This document shows positions 1 through 10,193 of a stretch of 64,000 nt of DNA, piece by piece. The notes below the pieces were generated by a model, which saw nothing but the letters and a program-made list of their open reading frames with translations, made no database searches and was not told where the DNA came from. How positions within the stretch are numbered: the first letter of the stretch is position 1; each line of letters opens with the position of its first letter. The stretch comes from an uncultured Gammaproteobacteria bacterium. Lineage in GTDB: Bacteria > Patescibacteriota > Patescibacteriia > UBA11705 > JABHMO01. The position numbers and the translations under genes were made by a program. The stretch is taken from NCBI GenBank assembly GCA_964486065.1, contig CAZAKN010000004.1, positions 15,705 to 79,704 on the forward strand, read 5' to 3'.

Positions 1-3
1 GAA

Positions 4-468
4 GTGAAGCTGGTTTATAATGTTGAAACGGGCGGTCATGAATTATGCGCTCTGAATCTAAATGATCAGAACGACAACAAGGTTCTGGTTTTATGGAAGA
101 TCTTTTCCGGTAAAAACGGCTTGGCCAGATTTCGCTTCAGCGATGAGGTAGAAGTGATTTCTCGCGTGGATTTGGAACAAGCCGATTTCGCGCGTCGCGG
201 TTTTGCTCCGCACGAGCTTTATGAAGAAAGATCTTATCTTTTCATGCTTGTTCCGGGACAAGGGTTAATCGCTGAAGCTGATGGACGAGGAATAAAACCT
301 TATCCTTACAGAGCCATGCTGCATTATTCACAAAAGCTACAATTGGAATTGCATTACTTTAAACTGAAAAAAAATTTGAGCGACAATCCCGAAGTCAGAG
401 AATCAGACTTTTATTTGCGAGCCATGGGAGAAAGCGGTGAAGTTCAGATTATCCCCAAACATGCATAA
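4..468 (+). CDS. hypothetical protein (may continue upstream of window; GTG start at 4)
   Basis: ORF track 154 aa; followed by a clear intrinsic terminator; no recognisable motifs. Confidence 0.4.
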   Translation: MKLVYNVETGGHELCALNLNDQNDNKVLVLWKIFSGKNGLARFRFSDEVEVISRVDLEQADFARRGFAPHELYEERSYLFMLVPGQGLIAEADGRGIKPYPYRAMLHYSQKLQLELHYFKLKKNLSDNPEVRESDFYLRAMGESGEVQIIPKHA

Positions 469-497
469 CCCCTTGTCAAAGACAAGGGGTTTTTTAT
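469..497 (+). terminator. rho-independent terminator
   Basis: cccttgtc-aaa-gacaagggg stem followed by T-run (ttttttattt). Confidence 0.6.
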
Positions 498-519
498 TTA
501 AGTAGAAAGTTGAAAATTA

Positions 520-1761
520 CTATTCGCCTCGTAACGCGTCAATCGGATTGAGCAGAGCGGCTTTGCGGGCTGGGTATAAACCGAAAATAAGTCCGACGAT
601 TATTGACATGCCCACGGCCAAAATCATGCCTTGCCAAGAAATTGAAAAAGTCCAATCAAAACCCTGCGAGCGGGCGATAATGGAGACCAGATATGTTAAA
701 CCGCCACCGCAAATAATACCGACTAGACCGCCCAGAGAAGTTATGATGATTGATTCCCATAGGAATTGCCATAAAATATTGGAATAGGTGGCACCTACTG
801 ATTTGCGCAGACCGATTTCATAAGTTCTTTCAGTGACTGAAACATACATGATGTTCATAATGCCCACGCCACCCACGATAAGTGAAATTGAGCCGAGTAA
901 AACCAGTAACAATTGAATACCGATAATAATGGTATCCAACATTTGCATGGCTTCTTGCATGGTGGTAACCGCGAAATCATCTTTGTCCGGATCGCTGATA
1001 TTGTGGAGATCACGCAATGTGTATTCAATGTCAATGGCGGTTTCCTCGGAATAATCCGGGTCATGAACTTGTGCCAAAATGAAACTGACATAATCAATCC
1101 CCAAAATTCTTTTTTGTAAAGTACTGACGGGTAGGATGACCATATTGTCCATGTCAAACATAAGTGAAGCACCGCGTTCTTTTATGACACCGATTACTTG
1201 AAATTTTTCATTTTTAATCTTTACATATTTACCGATCGGGTCGGATTGTCCGAATAAACGATCAATCACTTTCGGACCGAGTATCGCGACTTTGGCAAGA
1301 GAGTTATTTTCTTCTTTCGTGTAGAAGCGACCATAATCAATTTCACTTTGATCAATATTAATGAATTCCGATCCCACGCCGAAAAGCATGGTTTTTTTTA
1401 TTTCACCTTGATAACTGATGATTTCCTGTCCCATGACCGCGGAATAATGCCGAGCGATATTGGGATGCTTGGCTATTTCTTCACCATCACTTTTTTTAAG
1501 TGTAGTTATAACGGTGCCTCCCACCATACTGAACGCGTTTTCCGTGGAAGTCTGTGAAACCGAAGGAACTTTTACTTCAATTTGAATATAGTTTGAACCG
1601 AAACCTTCAATCTCCGCCAAAATAAAATCGGAAATGGCCGCGCCGGTTGATAGAACGGTGATTACCGCAGTTATGCCGATAACAATGCCGAGCAGAGTTA
1701 AAGCACTGCGTCCTTTGTTGCGTTTCAGACTGCGAACAGCCAATCTGATATTTGCTTTCAT
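520..1761 (-). CDS. ABC transporter permease, FtsX/MacB family
   Basis: 413 aa; N-terminal TM, large periplasmic loop, C-terminal 3-TM FtsX-like region; adjacent to a second permease and an ABC ATPase. Confidence 0.8.
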   Translation of the reverse strand: MKANIRLAVRSLKRNKGRSALTLLGIVIGITAVITVLSTGAAISDFILAEIEGFGSNYIQIEVKVPSVSQTSTENAFSMVGGTVITTLKKSDGEEIAKHPNIARHYSAVMGQEIISYQGEIKKTMLFGVGSEFINIDQSEIDYGRFYTKEENNSLAKVAILGPKVIDRLFGQSDPIGKYVKIKNEKFQVIGVIKERGASLMFDMDNMVILPVSTLQKRILGIDYVSFILAQVHDPDYSEETAIDIEYTLRDLHNISDPDKDDFAVTTMQEAMQMLDTIIIGIQLLLVLLGSISLIVGGVGIMNIMYVSVTERTYEIGLRKSVGATYSNILWQFLWESIIITSLGGLVGIICGGGLTYLVSIIARSQGFDWTFSISWQGMILAVGMSIIVGLIFGLYPARKAALLNPIDALRGE

Positions 1762-1764
1762 AAA

Positions 1765-3000
1765 TTATTCGTATCTTAAAGATTCAATAGGATCCAAGTT
1801 GGCCGCTCTGCGAGCCGGATAAATGCCGAAAAGCAAACCGATTCCAATACTGACCGAACAAGCCAGAATTATTGATCCGGGCGTAATGACGAAATCCCAA
1901 TCATACCCCGCGTTGCGAACCAAAATCGCTACCAGCAGAGAAAAAAGCACGCCGAATACGATACCGATAATCGCACCGAATAGCGAAATGAGTACGGTTT
2001 CCGTGAGAAATTGGGTAATAATGTGCGAGCGTTTTGCTCCCACGGCTTTGCGCAAACCAATTTCCTTGATTCTTTGCGTGACCGAGGCCAGCATGATATT
2101 CATGATGCCGATCCCGCCGACAATTAAAGAAATCGCGGAAATGGCGGTTAAAAATAAAGTTAACGCGCCGGTTACCGAACCCAATGACTCTATGGCTTGA
2201 TTGGAATTGCCCACATTGAAATCATCTTTGGCGGGATTATCAATATTATGTCTGTCGCGCAGGAGTTCAGTGATTTTATCAACCGCGATATCAATGTTTT
2301 CCTCGGAATTTGCTTTGGCTCGGATATAGCCGAGAGAATTTATTCCCAATAATTTTTTCTGTACATTACCGACCGGTATAAAAATCATATTGTCCACATT
2401 TTGAAAACCGGAAACACCTTTCGGCTCCATTACTCCGATAACGCGATAGCGTTGTTTACCTACTTTGATTTTTTCACCGATCGGGTCTTCGCCATTAAAC
2501 AAATCCTCACGCACTTGCGAACCTAGAACCGCCACATTGGCTTCGGATTTTTCTTCTTGTTCAGTGAAAAAGTGTCCGTTTACCACCGTGCTTTCCGTTA
2601 CTTCGGGATAGCCGGCTGAAGTTCCGGTAATACCGGCTTGTGTTTTATTATTATTCCAAACCACGGTTTCATTGGCCGTAACATAAGACGCCGCGGCGGA
2701 AATTTCAGGAATTTGATCTTCAATGGCTTCACGATCTTCATCAGTTAAAGTGGTGATAACAATACCAAAGACCGCGGCTGGCGGGCCATCTTCCTCGGCT
2801 TTACCCGGTAAAATACCGATTAAATTAGTGCCGACACTGCGCAATTGATTTAGGATCAAGCTTTCCGCGCCCGCTCCGACCGAAAGAACGATGATAACCG
2901 AAGAAATACCTATGATCATGCCGAGCATAGTTAAAAATGAGCGCATTTTGTTTGCGCGCATATTTTTTAACTGAGTTTTAAAACCTGATCTGATCAGCAT
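1765..3000 (-). CDS. ABC transporter permease, FtsX/MacB family (paralog of 520..1761)
   Basis: 411 aa, same architecture as 520..1761 (MRANKMRSFLTMLGMIIGI... C-terminal FtsX-like TM bundle). Confidence 0.8.
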   Translation of the reverse strand: MLIRSGFKTQLKNMRANKMRSFLTMLGMIIGISSVIIVLSVGAGAESLILNQLRSVGTNLIGILPGKAEEDGPPAAVFGIVITTLTDEDREAIEDQIPEISAAASYVTANETVVWNNNKTQAGITGTSAGYPEVTESTVVNGHFFTEQEEKSEANVAVLGSQVREDLFNGEDPIGEKIKVGKQRYRVIGVMEPKGVSGFQNVDNMIFIPVGNVQKKLLGINSLGYIRAKANSEENIDIAVDKITELLRDRHNIDNPAKDDFNVGNSNQAIESLGSVTGALTLFLTAISAISLIVGGIGIMNIMLASVTQRIKEIGLRKAVGAKRSHIITQFLTETVLISLFGAIIGIVFGVLFSLLVAILVRNAGYDWDFVITPGSIILACSVSIGIGLLFGIYPARRAANLDPIESLRYE

Positions 3001-3002
3001 AT

Positions 3003-3731
3003 TTATTTTTTTATGCTTTCGCCATTTTTGGTAAAAATACGATTTTTAACTTGTTCATCGCTTTCCACCACGCCATCTCCCAAACGAATTATTCGTGTCG
3101 CGTGGCGGGCCGTATCATATTCATGAGTTACCAGAAGGATGGTGATGCCTTGCCGATCAAGGTTTTGCAAAGTGGTCATGATTTGCCCGGCGGTTTTGGA
3201 ATCAAGATTACCTGTCGGTTCATCGGCAAAAACAACTGATGGTTTGTTGACCAAAGCACGAGCAATGGCCACGCGTTGTTTTTCACCACCGGAAAGTTGA
3301 TTGGATAAATAATCAATTCTATCGCTCAAGCCCACTGTGGCCACGGCTTTTTTTACAATCTTCGGATGTTCGGCGGGAGGTCTTTTGCTATATGCCAGTG
3401 GCAGAGCGACATTGTCATAAACCGAGGTTCTGGGTAACAAGTTGAAAGATTGAAAAATAAAGCCGATCTCGCTATTGCGCAGTTCGGCTAATTCATCCTC
3501 GCTTAATTTTTCCGTATGTTTACCGTTGTATTTATACTCACCTTCGGTGGGACGATCCAAGAAGCCGAGAATATTCATAAGTGTGGATTTACCCGAACCT
3601 GAACGCCCCATAATGGCTACGAATTCGCTTTTTTGTATTTCAAAACTTACTCCGTGCAAAACTTTGGTTACCACACCATCATTTTCAAATTGTTTTTTTA
3701 TGTTTTTTATTTCAATCAAAGGAAAAGGCAT
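3003..3731 (-). CDS. ABC transporter ATP-binding protein (MacB/LolD-type)
   Basis: Walker [13 protein letters not shown] signature [15 protein letters not shown], Walker [14 protein letters not shown]-loop. Confidence 0.9.
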   Translation of the reverse strand: MPFPLIEIKNIKKQFENDGVVTKVLHGVSFEIQKSEFVAIMGRSGSGKSTLMNILGFLDRPTEGEYKYNGKHTEKLSEDELAELRNSEIGFIFQSFNLLPRTSVYDNVALPLAYSKRPPAEHPKIVKKAVATVGLSDRIDYLSNQLSGGEKQRVAIARALVNKPSVVFADEPTGNLDSKTAGQIMTTLQNLDRQGITILLVTHEYDTARHATRIIRLGDGVVESDEQVKNRIFTKNGESIKK

Positions 3732-3733
3732 AT

Positions 3734-5602
3734 TTAATCCAAATTTTTTTCATAAGTTACAATTCTTTGACCTTGTTCCAAACCGGAAGTTATTTCCACG
3801 AGTCCGTCATCCGCTCGTAGGCCTGTGGTAACTTCCACTTCTTCCGGTGAGCCCATTTGAAAAAGCTTAACCCATTTTTTACCGTTTTTTTCAATCACCG
3901 CGCGACGGGGAACATGTAAAGCGTCTTTTCTTTCATCGGTATGAATTGTTACATTGGCGGTCATGCCCGGTTTTACGCCATTGATTTTATTGTCCGGTTT
4001 TATTTTAACTTGGTAGTAAATCACATCCTGAATAACCGTCTGCGCCGGATCAATATTGATCACCGTGCCGGCATAAACAAAGTCATCCCCGAAAGCGTCA
4101 AAATCAATATCAACTATATCATTCAATTCAATTTTGGCGATATCGGTTTCGGAAATATCAACATTGATTTCAAAATTATCCAAAGAAACCATACTCAAGG
4201 CAGTCAATGAAGTGGTAATCTTGGCGTTCAACTGTTCACCTTGTTCATAATTTATTTTCGTAATCGTGCCGTCCATCGGCGCTTTTAAATAAGCATGATT
4301 TAAATTATTTAAAGTTAAATCGCGAGCCGCGCGAGCTTGGTTGACTTGGGCTCTTTTGGCGGCAATATCAACTTCTCGCGGATCGGCTGTTTTTAATCCC
4401 AATTCCGCTTCATTGATATTGATTCCGGCTTGACCGGCTTGCAGATTATTTTCCGCCGTCAGTAATTGCGTTTCACGACCGGCTAATGCTAATTGATAAT
4501 TGGCTTCGGCAATGGCCAAATAATTTTCAGCCGAATCAAGATTGGCCGAAGCCGTATTGATAGCCGAATTTTGGTTGATTCTACCGTTTTTCAAAGCTTG
4601 ATCGGCTGATTTAACGGAATTTAGAGCCGCCGATATGGAAATTTGTTGATTGCTGATATTTGTTTTCAAACCGTTCAAAGTGCTTTCAGGTAAATTATTG
4701 ATTGAAGTGGTGGTGTTGACCAAAACTGTATAAAACTTTTTTAATTCATCAAACATATCATCTAAAGCGGTTATGCCCGCGGTTAACGCGTTATCCAAAT
4801 TTTGATCATCTAAATCGTTTTTGGCTACTTCATAAGCGACGTTCGCTTGTTCAAGGCTTTGTTCAGCGCGCGCGCGAGTTTTCCTTTCCGCGATTTGTGA
4901 GCCGGTATTTTTCACTCCCAGATAATCTTCATAATCATTTTCGTCAGCGATTTTTTCCACTTCATGCAGAGCGATATCCGCGTCGGCCAAGGCCTTGTCC
5001 AGCGAGGTTAAGGCGGAGCTGTTTAAATTTTTAATGTTTTGCTCTTGCAGAGTGCTGACATCTTGGAGGTTTTGCTCCGCATTGGCCAAATCGGCGCGAG
5101 CTTTGTTCAGTGAGGATAGGGAAGTGGCAACTTGTTTATCAAGCTCGGTTTGTAATCTTGTTAAAGATTCAGAGGCGTTCTCATAATCCAGACGCGCTTT
5201 GACCAATGATTGTTCACTAATATTGATTTCTTCATCACGCAGACCGGCCAAGGATTGATTGAGCAAGGCTTGAGCTTGCGCCAGATTGGCTTCGGCTTGC
5301 GCCACCTGCAAATTCAAATCCGAAGTGTCAAGTATCATCAAAGTTTGTCCTTGAACAACTTTTTCACCGACCACCACGCTTACGGTGGCAACAGTGCCGG
5401 TTATTTCAAAATTAAGATCAATTTCTCTGGCCGGATCAATACTGCCGGTGGCTTCCACGGTTTGCTTTAAATCTCCCATTTTTACCGTGTCGGTGGTGTA
5501 TTCCACTGCCGGGGCTGAGTCTTTGAATACAAAAATCATAACAATTGTCAAAATTGTTACCATAAGCCATAGCCACCAGTATTTTTTCACTAAATTCAGC
5601 AT
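3734..5602 (-). CDS. efflux periplasmic adaptor subunit (HlyD/MacA family)
   Basis: 622 aa; N-terminal TM anchor, very long coiled-coil (Q/A/L/N-rich) region, C-terminal beta-barrel/MP domains; heads the operon with the ABC ATPase and two permeases. Confidence 0.75.
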   Translation of the reverse strand: MLNLVKKYWWLWLMVTILTIVMIFVFKDSAPAVEYTTDTVKMGDLKQTVEATGSIDPAREIDLNFEITGTVATVSVVVGEKVVQGQTLMILDTSDLNLQVAQAEANLAQAQALLNQSLAGLRDEEINISEQSLVKARLDYENASESLTRLQTELDKQVATSLSSLNKARADLANAEQNLQDVSTLQEQNIKNLNSSALTSLDKALADADIALHEVEKIADENDYEDYLGVKNTGSQIAERKTRARAEQSLEQANVAYEVAKNDLDDQNLDNALTAGITALDDMFDELKKFYTVLVNTTTSINNLPESTLNGLKTNISNQQISISAALNSVKSADQALKNGRINQNSAINTASANLDSAENYLAIAEANYQLALAGRETQLLTAENNLQAGQAGININEAELGLKTADPREVDIAAKRAQVNQARAARDLTLNNLNHAYLKAPMDGTITKINYEQGEQLNAKITTSLTALSMVSLDNFEINVDISETDIAKIELNDIVDIDFDAFGDDFVYAGTVINIDPAQTVIQDVIYYQVKIKPDNKINGVKPGMTANVTIHTDERKDALHVPRRAVIEKNGKKWVKLFQMGSPEEVEVTTGLRADDGLVEITSGLEQGQRIVTYEKNLD

Positions 5603-5794
5603 ATTTTATTTTATTTATTGTACCATTTTTTGACGTTTTTTATAAGTTTTGCTTGTGGAAAGATTATGTGTTGGAAATACGATAATTTGTTAATTGTCAA
5701 AACGGGTTTTCCGTGGTAGTTTTGAGATAGGAGAAGTTCATTTCAAACGGTCAAAGTCGTGAAGACAAGGCCACCAACACTAAGGAGACAAGTC

Positions 5795-6631
5795 ATGAGC
5801 ACAAGTCAACCCAAAGGTCTGTGGACGATGCCTTTCAGCAAAATCGCTTCCTGCTTGGGAGCCTTGAATAAGCAAGGCGTAACACCCGAGCAATTCGGAA
5901 AACTGGATTCGGATCCTGATTTTGTCAGACAAATCGCGGAAAGCTTTAAATCCTCGGGCCGGCAACTCTCGGAAAAACAGGAGTTGAAATATGATTACCC
6001 CAAAGGGTTTTGGCACAGGCAACCTGCGGATCAAGTATATGCACATCTGCAAGATCTGATTTTTTTAGATTTTAAAACTATTGATGATTCTCGTGTACAA
6101 GATCTTTGTTCAAGAAAATTGCCTAACGCGTCGGAAGCATGGGCAGTGATTCCCAAAACACCTTTTATGTCTGAAGATGGTTTTCAAACATATTTGTATA
6201 TTATGAACGAAGCAATACGCCAAGGATTGATGGTTGTAAAGGATATTGATCTTGAAAATCTGCTAATGCGGATTCCGAAATCCACAATTAAGTCAATTCT
6301 TACATTGAAAGAGAAACAAAAAGGAGACTTTTGCGTGATGCCGTATCAGTTCGGTAAGCGCTGGCTCGCGTCAAACAAGTCTTTGTTTAAAAATGAAGAT
6401 TGTTTGCCCAGTGGGGAATTCATTCTTGTTTTTCATCAGCTTTTCGCTCTTTTTCTAACGCATCATCATCGTTTGACTAATGATGAGAATTGTTTGGGCG
6501 TGTTTTGTTATGGATTAACCGTTGATGGGAAACAAATCGGTTTTACGCGAGAAAATGATCAGTTGACTTTGCGACCGGTGGAAGATCACGAGCTGGATCG
6601 TTTCGGTGTTCCGACCGGATGGATCATTTAA
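5795..6631 (+). CDS. hypothetical protein, paralog A (C-terminus ...FGVPTGWII)
   Basis: ATG at 5795 preceded by AGGAG RBS (track start 5759 is an upstream GTG); shares N-terminal T.EQF...P....IA, central W.AVPK and QxGxRW motifs and the identical C-terminal GVPTGWII with 6746..7621. Confidence 0.6.
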   Translation: MSTSQPKGLWTMPFSKIASCLGALNKQGVTPEQFGKLDSDPDFVRQIAESFKSSGRQLSEKQELKYDYPKGFWHRQPADQVYAHLQDLIFLDFKTIDDSRVQDLCSRKLPNASEAWAVIPKTPFMSEDGFQTYLYIMNEAIRQGLMVVKDIDLENLLMRIPKSTIKSILTLKEKQKGDFCVMPYQFGKRWLASNKSLFKNEDCLPSGEFILVFHQLFALFLTHHHRLTNDENCLGVFCYGLTVDGKQIGFTRENDQLTLRPVEDHELDRFGVPTGWII

Positions 6632-6640
6632 AAAACAAAG

Positions 6641-6665
6641 CTCCCGCCAAAGGCGGGGGCTTTTT
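6641..6665 (+). terminator. rho-independent terminator
   Basis: ctcccgcc-aaa-ggcggggg stem + TTTTT. Confidence 0.65.
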
Positions 6666-6745
6666 GATTATTGACAAACGATATTTGTGCTGATAAATTA
6701 AATTGAATTGTTCATTGAAAAACCGATTATACCAAGGAGGAGGTT

Positions 6746-7621
6746 ATGTTTGAAGATATTATGGAAAAATTGGCACAAGAAGACGAGTATTGCGTTGGTA
6801 ATTTAATCAGATTTTTAGGGGAACATGGTTTAACCATGGAGCAGTTTATACGAACTCCCAATAATCCCGAGCTGATTGCCAAAATTGCTCAATTGATCAG
6901 GGACGAAACGGAAAAAGATGAAACTTTCATCAAATACGCCAGCTGTCAACAACATTGGTTGATTAAACAGCTTGAAAGATATAAAGAGTATTTTCCGCAT
7001 TTGGATGACTCTTACGCTCTGGATTTTTGTTATAAAGATAATTTACGAGTTATGTCCGAGAAGTGGTGCGCGGTTCCAAAACCTTTAAAAATCGCTGATA
7101 CTTACGCTGAAGCGATTTTGAAAATTTTGGAATTGATGAATGTTCCATTTGATGTTGGTGAATCTAACTGGCTTAATTTGGAGGATGCTTACAAGGACAG
7201 CTATTTGTCGGAAGAAGAATGCGCCAAAAGAGGAAGAATTCATTTTATTACCAGTGAAAGCTATGAACATTTCAGCAAACTTGATAAATTGCCCGGAGAT
7301 TTTTGGTTGTTTCCCGGACAACTTGGAATCAGATGGCAAGGAGCGTCAATTGAACAGGTTGAAAGATACAAAGAACCGAATGAGCATATAATGGGGATTT
7401 ACGAATTTGCCGCTTTAATGTTGATACACCCCATAATGATTCGCGGACCAAGAACTTTAGGTGTCAGATTAGCCGCTGAAATATTCGGTTATTCGGGTAG
7501 TCAAAAGTTATATAAGGTTATTAAAAATTCCGTACACCTGAAGAACAGCGCCGTTATAAGGGATTCTCAGAAGAATTCCAAGCACATAACCATGGGCGTT
7601 CCGACCGGCTGGATTATTTAA
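6746..7621 (+). CDS. hypothetical protein, paralog B (C-terminus ...MGVPTGWII)
   Basis: AGGAGG RBS; own promoter-like TTGACA-17-TAAATT upstream and own terminator; paralogous to 5795..6631. Confidence 0.6.
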   Translation: MFEDIMEKLAQEDEYCVGNLIRFLGEHGLTMEQFIRTPNNPELIAKIAQLIRDETEKDETFIKYASCQQHWLIKQLERYKEYFPHLDDSYALDFCYKDNLRVMSEKWCAVPKPLKIADTYAEAILKILELMNVPFDVGESNWLNLEDAYKDSYLSEEECAKRGRIHFITSESYEHFSKLDKLPGDFWLFPGQLGIRWQGASIEQVERYKEPNEHIMGIYEFAALMLIHPIMIRGPRTLGVRLAAEIFGYSGSQKLYKVIKNSVHLKNSAVIRDSQKNSKHITMGVPTGWII

Positions 7622-7630
7622 AAATCAAAA

Positions 7631-7657
7631 GCCCCCACCAAAGGCGGGGGCTTTTTT
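7631..7657. terminator. rho-independent terminator (A-run upstream, T-run downstream; probably bidirectional, also serving gatB on the minus strand)
   Basis: gcccccacc-aaa-ggcgggggc stem flanked by A-run and T-run. Confidence 0.6.
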
Positions 7658-7668
7658 GATTGTATGGA

Positions 7669-9198
7669 TTATTTATTTAAAAGTTTTTCTAAAAGTTTCT
7701 CGGTTTTTTGCGGATTAGCTTTGCCTTGAGTTTTTTTCATGACCGCACCCAAGAAAAATTTGATCAGTGGCTCTTTGCCGGCGCGATATTCGTCCGCTTG
7801 TTCGGGATGTGCGTCTATGACTTGTTTGGCGATTTTTTCCAATTCTTTATTATTGTCAATTTGTGATAAATCTTTTTCATCCATAACATGGCTTGGATCA
7901 GCTCCTGTTTTGGCCATTTCCGGCAAAATGATCTGCGCTGCGGAACTGTTTATTTTATTTTTAAAAATCAAGGTAATGAATTCAGCGAAGTTTTCCGCGG
8001 TAATTTTATTATCTTTAAATTTGATTTTTAATTCATCCAGCAAAGGAATCAGTTTATTGATCAACCAATCGGCGACCAGCTTGGCCAGCTTTTTTTTGTT
8101 TTTATTCCAAATCTCTTCAGCTGTGCCACTTTCCACATGTTGCAACCAATTTTTCAGCTCACTGATAACTTGTTCCGCGTAGTCGGCGAGAATAGTATCG
8201 CTTGATAAAATTTTAGCGTTAACCGGAGTGAATTCATATTCATCAATAAAACGGCGTCGCTTCATTTGAGGCAATTCGGGTAAAGTTTGTTTTATTTCCG
8301 CCACATCTTCCGGCGCGATATTCAAAGGCGGGATATCGGGTTCGGGAAAATAGCGATAATCAGCTTCAGCTTCTTTGTCTCTTTGCGCCACGGTTTCTTG
8401 CAGTTTTTCATTCCAGCCACGAGTTTGTTCCAGCTCGGGAGGAGTATTGTTTTTCCAGAGTACGGATTGTCGCTTGATTTCAAATTCCAAAGCTTTTTCC
8501 AACGCGTTAAAAGAGTTGATATTTTTAATTTCCGTTTTCGGATAAAGTTTATTGTCGCCTTCGGGGCGCAAAGAAATATTCGCGTCACAGCGAAGTTGAC
8601 CGAGTTCCATGTTAGCTTCGGAAATATTGAGCTGTTTCATGATCAATTGCAGTTCGCGGGCGAAAGTTTTCGCTTCATGAGGTGAGCGCATATCGGGGTA
8701 AGTTACGATTTCAATTAACGGCGCGCCACCACGATTGAAATCAATCAAACTTTTGTTTTTTTCATGTAAAGATTTACCTGAGTCTTCTTCTAAATGCAAG
8801 CGTAAAACACGGATTTCTTTCAGATCATCTTCATCGGTCAGTGAACCGGCCAGACCGTCAGTCGCCTTGAAATTTATTATCAGTCTTCCCTCCGAGGCCA
8901 GCGGTTTATCGTATTGGGAAATTTGATAACCTTTCGGCAGGTCGGGATAAAAATAGTTTTTGCGATCAAATTTTATAAAATCGGCAACTTTGCATTCCAG
9001 AGCCAAAGAGGCTTTAATGCCTAGGCGCAAGGCTTCTTTGTTTAATGTCGGTAAAGTGCCGGGATGTCCCAAACAAATCGGACAAACATGTTGATTTGGT
9101 TTCGTCGCCGCGAATTTATTCTTGCAGGCGCAGAACATTTTTGTTTTTGTGTTCAGCTGGACATGGAATTCCAGCCCGATTATGGTTTGCAATTTCAT
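7669..9198 (-). CDS. gatB: Asp-tRNA(Asn)/Glu-tRNA(Gln) amidotransferase subunit B
   Basis: N-terminus MKLQTIIGLEFHVQLNTKTKMFCAC... and C-terminal GatB/YqeY domain; 509 aa. Confidence 0.9.
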   Translation of the reverse strand: MKLQTIIGLEFHVQLNTKTKMFCACKNKFAATKPNQHVCPICLGHPGTLPTLNKEALRLGIKASLALECKVADFIKFDRKNYFYPDLPKGYQISQYDKPLASEGRLIINFKATDGLAGSLTDEDDLKEIRVLRLHLEEDSGKSLHEKNKSLIDFNRGGAPLIEIVTYPDMRSPHEAKTFARELQLIMKQLNISEANMELGQLRCDANISLRPEGDNKLYPKTEIKNINSFNALEKALEFEIKRQSVLWKNNTPPELEQTRGWNEKLQETVAQRDKEAEADYRYFPEPDIPPLNIAPEDVAEIKQTLPELPQMKRRRFIDEYEFTPVNAKILSSDTILADYAEQVISELKNWLQHVESGTAEEIWNKNKKKLAKLVADWLINKLIPLLDELKIKFKDNKITAENFAEFITLIFKNKINSSAAQIILPEMAKTGADPSHVMDEKDLSQIDNNKELEKIAKQVIDAHPEQADEYRAGKEPLIKFFLGAVMKKTQGKANPQKTEKLLEKLLNK

Positions 9199-9206
9199 AT
9201 TTTTAT

Positions 9207-10190
9207 TTAGTATTTCAAAAAATCCAGTTCCGATTTTAGTAATGTCATGATTTCTTCAGCCGGACCGGAATTGATTTTTTGTAATTTTTTAAAAGAATTC
9301 AAGTTTAACGAAATGATCGCCAGTTGACGGAAAGTGCGGGGAATTATATAAAAATTTTGAGTTTCAAAATAATAATTTTTGATTTTTTCCATAACGGTCA
9401 AATATGCTTCATGATGCGCGGAATTGATGATTTTACTAGGAGTGTTGAAGCCGAGGCCGGCGTTCGGATTTTGCAGAAGTATATTGAATTCCGGAGCTAA
9501 CAGTGTTTCCAAAGCGTTTAAATCATTGATTATTTTTATGGTGCAGAAAATATGATTGGTGATGATTTTCGGCAAAAGAGAGATTTGATCTTTTTCAAAA
9601 ATATTTTCCAAAATTTCTCCTTTTTTAGCGAAAGACAGAAATTCAACTTTGTCGGTTATCCGAGGAAGCGGATCATAATCATTTTGGAAAAAATTGTAAA
9701 ACAATAATTTATTTTCAAAAGAATTATCAATATCCAAAATTTGCAATTGGTTTTTCCTCGCGTCATATTCATGTCGTTCAATTTCCATTTCAGATAAATT
9801 ATTTTGTTTCTCCGGTTCAATTTTTAGTTCTTTAGCGGCGAGTTCCGCGATGGTTCTTAATTCAGGAAAAAAACTTCGGCTGGCGATTAAAACAAGATTT
9901 TTAATTGTTTCGGGCGTGCCGGCGAATTCAGCGTTTATGAGCCGCCCGCAGGGCCACACATCTTTCAAAGTTGTTTGTTTTCGCAAATGACGCAATTCAT
10001 GTAACAGGCTTTGGTATTTATGATCGTTTTGTAAATTATCGCCCGCGTAAAATTGATCGGTTGTTTTTTTAATTTGATAAAAGCAATTAACGCGTCCCGC
10101 CAAAAACAAAAAAGCAAAATGCGAGATGTTTTCCAGCTGCAGTTTGCCGAGCGACCCCTCCTTGGTGTAATGCAGGCTTGGCTCAGCCAT
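9207..10190 (-). CDS. hypothetical protein (first gene downstream of kinase in dTMP operon)
   Basis: 327 aa ORF, tightly coupled (4-nt gaps) to flanking genes; no motif recognised. Confidence 0.5.
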   Translation of the reverse strand: MAEPSLHYTKEGSLGKLQLENISHFAFLFLAGRVNCFYQIKKTTDQFYAGDNLQNDHKYQSLLHELRHLRKQTTLKDVWPCGRLINAEFAGTPETIKNLVLIASRSFFPELRTIAELAAKELKIEPEKQNNLSEMEIERHEYDARKNQLQILDIDNSFENKLLFYNFFQNDYDPLPRITDKVEFLSFAKKGEILENIFEKDQISLLPKIITNHIFCTIKIINDLNALETLLAPEFNILLQNPNAGLGFNTPSKIINSAHHEAYLTVMEKIKNYYFETQNFYIIPRTFRQLAIISLNLNSFKKLQKINSGPAEEIMTLLKSELDFLKY

Positions 10191-10193
10191 AAT

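Noticed and set aside
548-1822. Several 60-125 aa ORFs on the opposite strand or alternative frames inside the two permease genes (and similar nested ORFs throughout the ORF track, for example within 3734-5602, 16227-18320, 29357-33025 and the G+C-rich island 56989-62553)
   Set aside because: They are fully nested antisense or out of frame within long, well-supported genes. They have no RBS or motif support and are typical of G+C-rich frames producing open antisense ORFs in the island.
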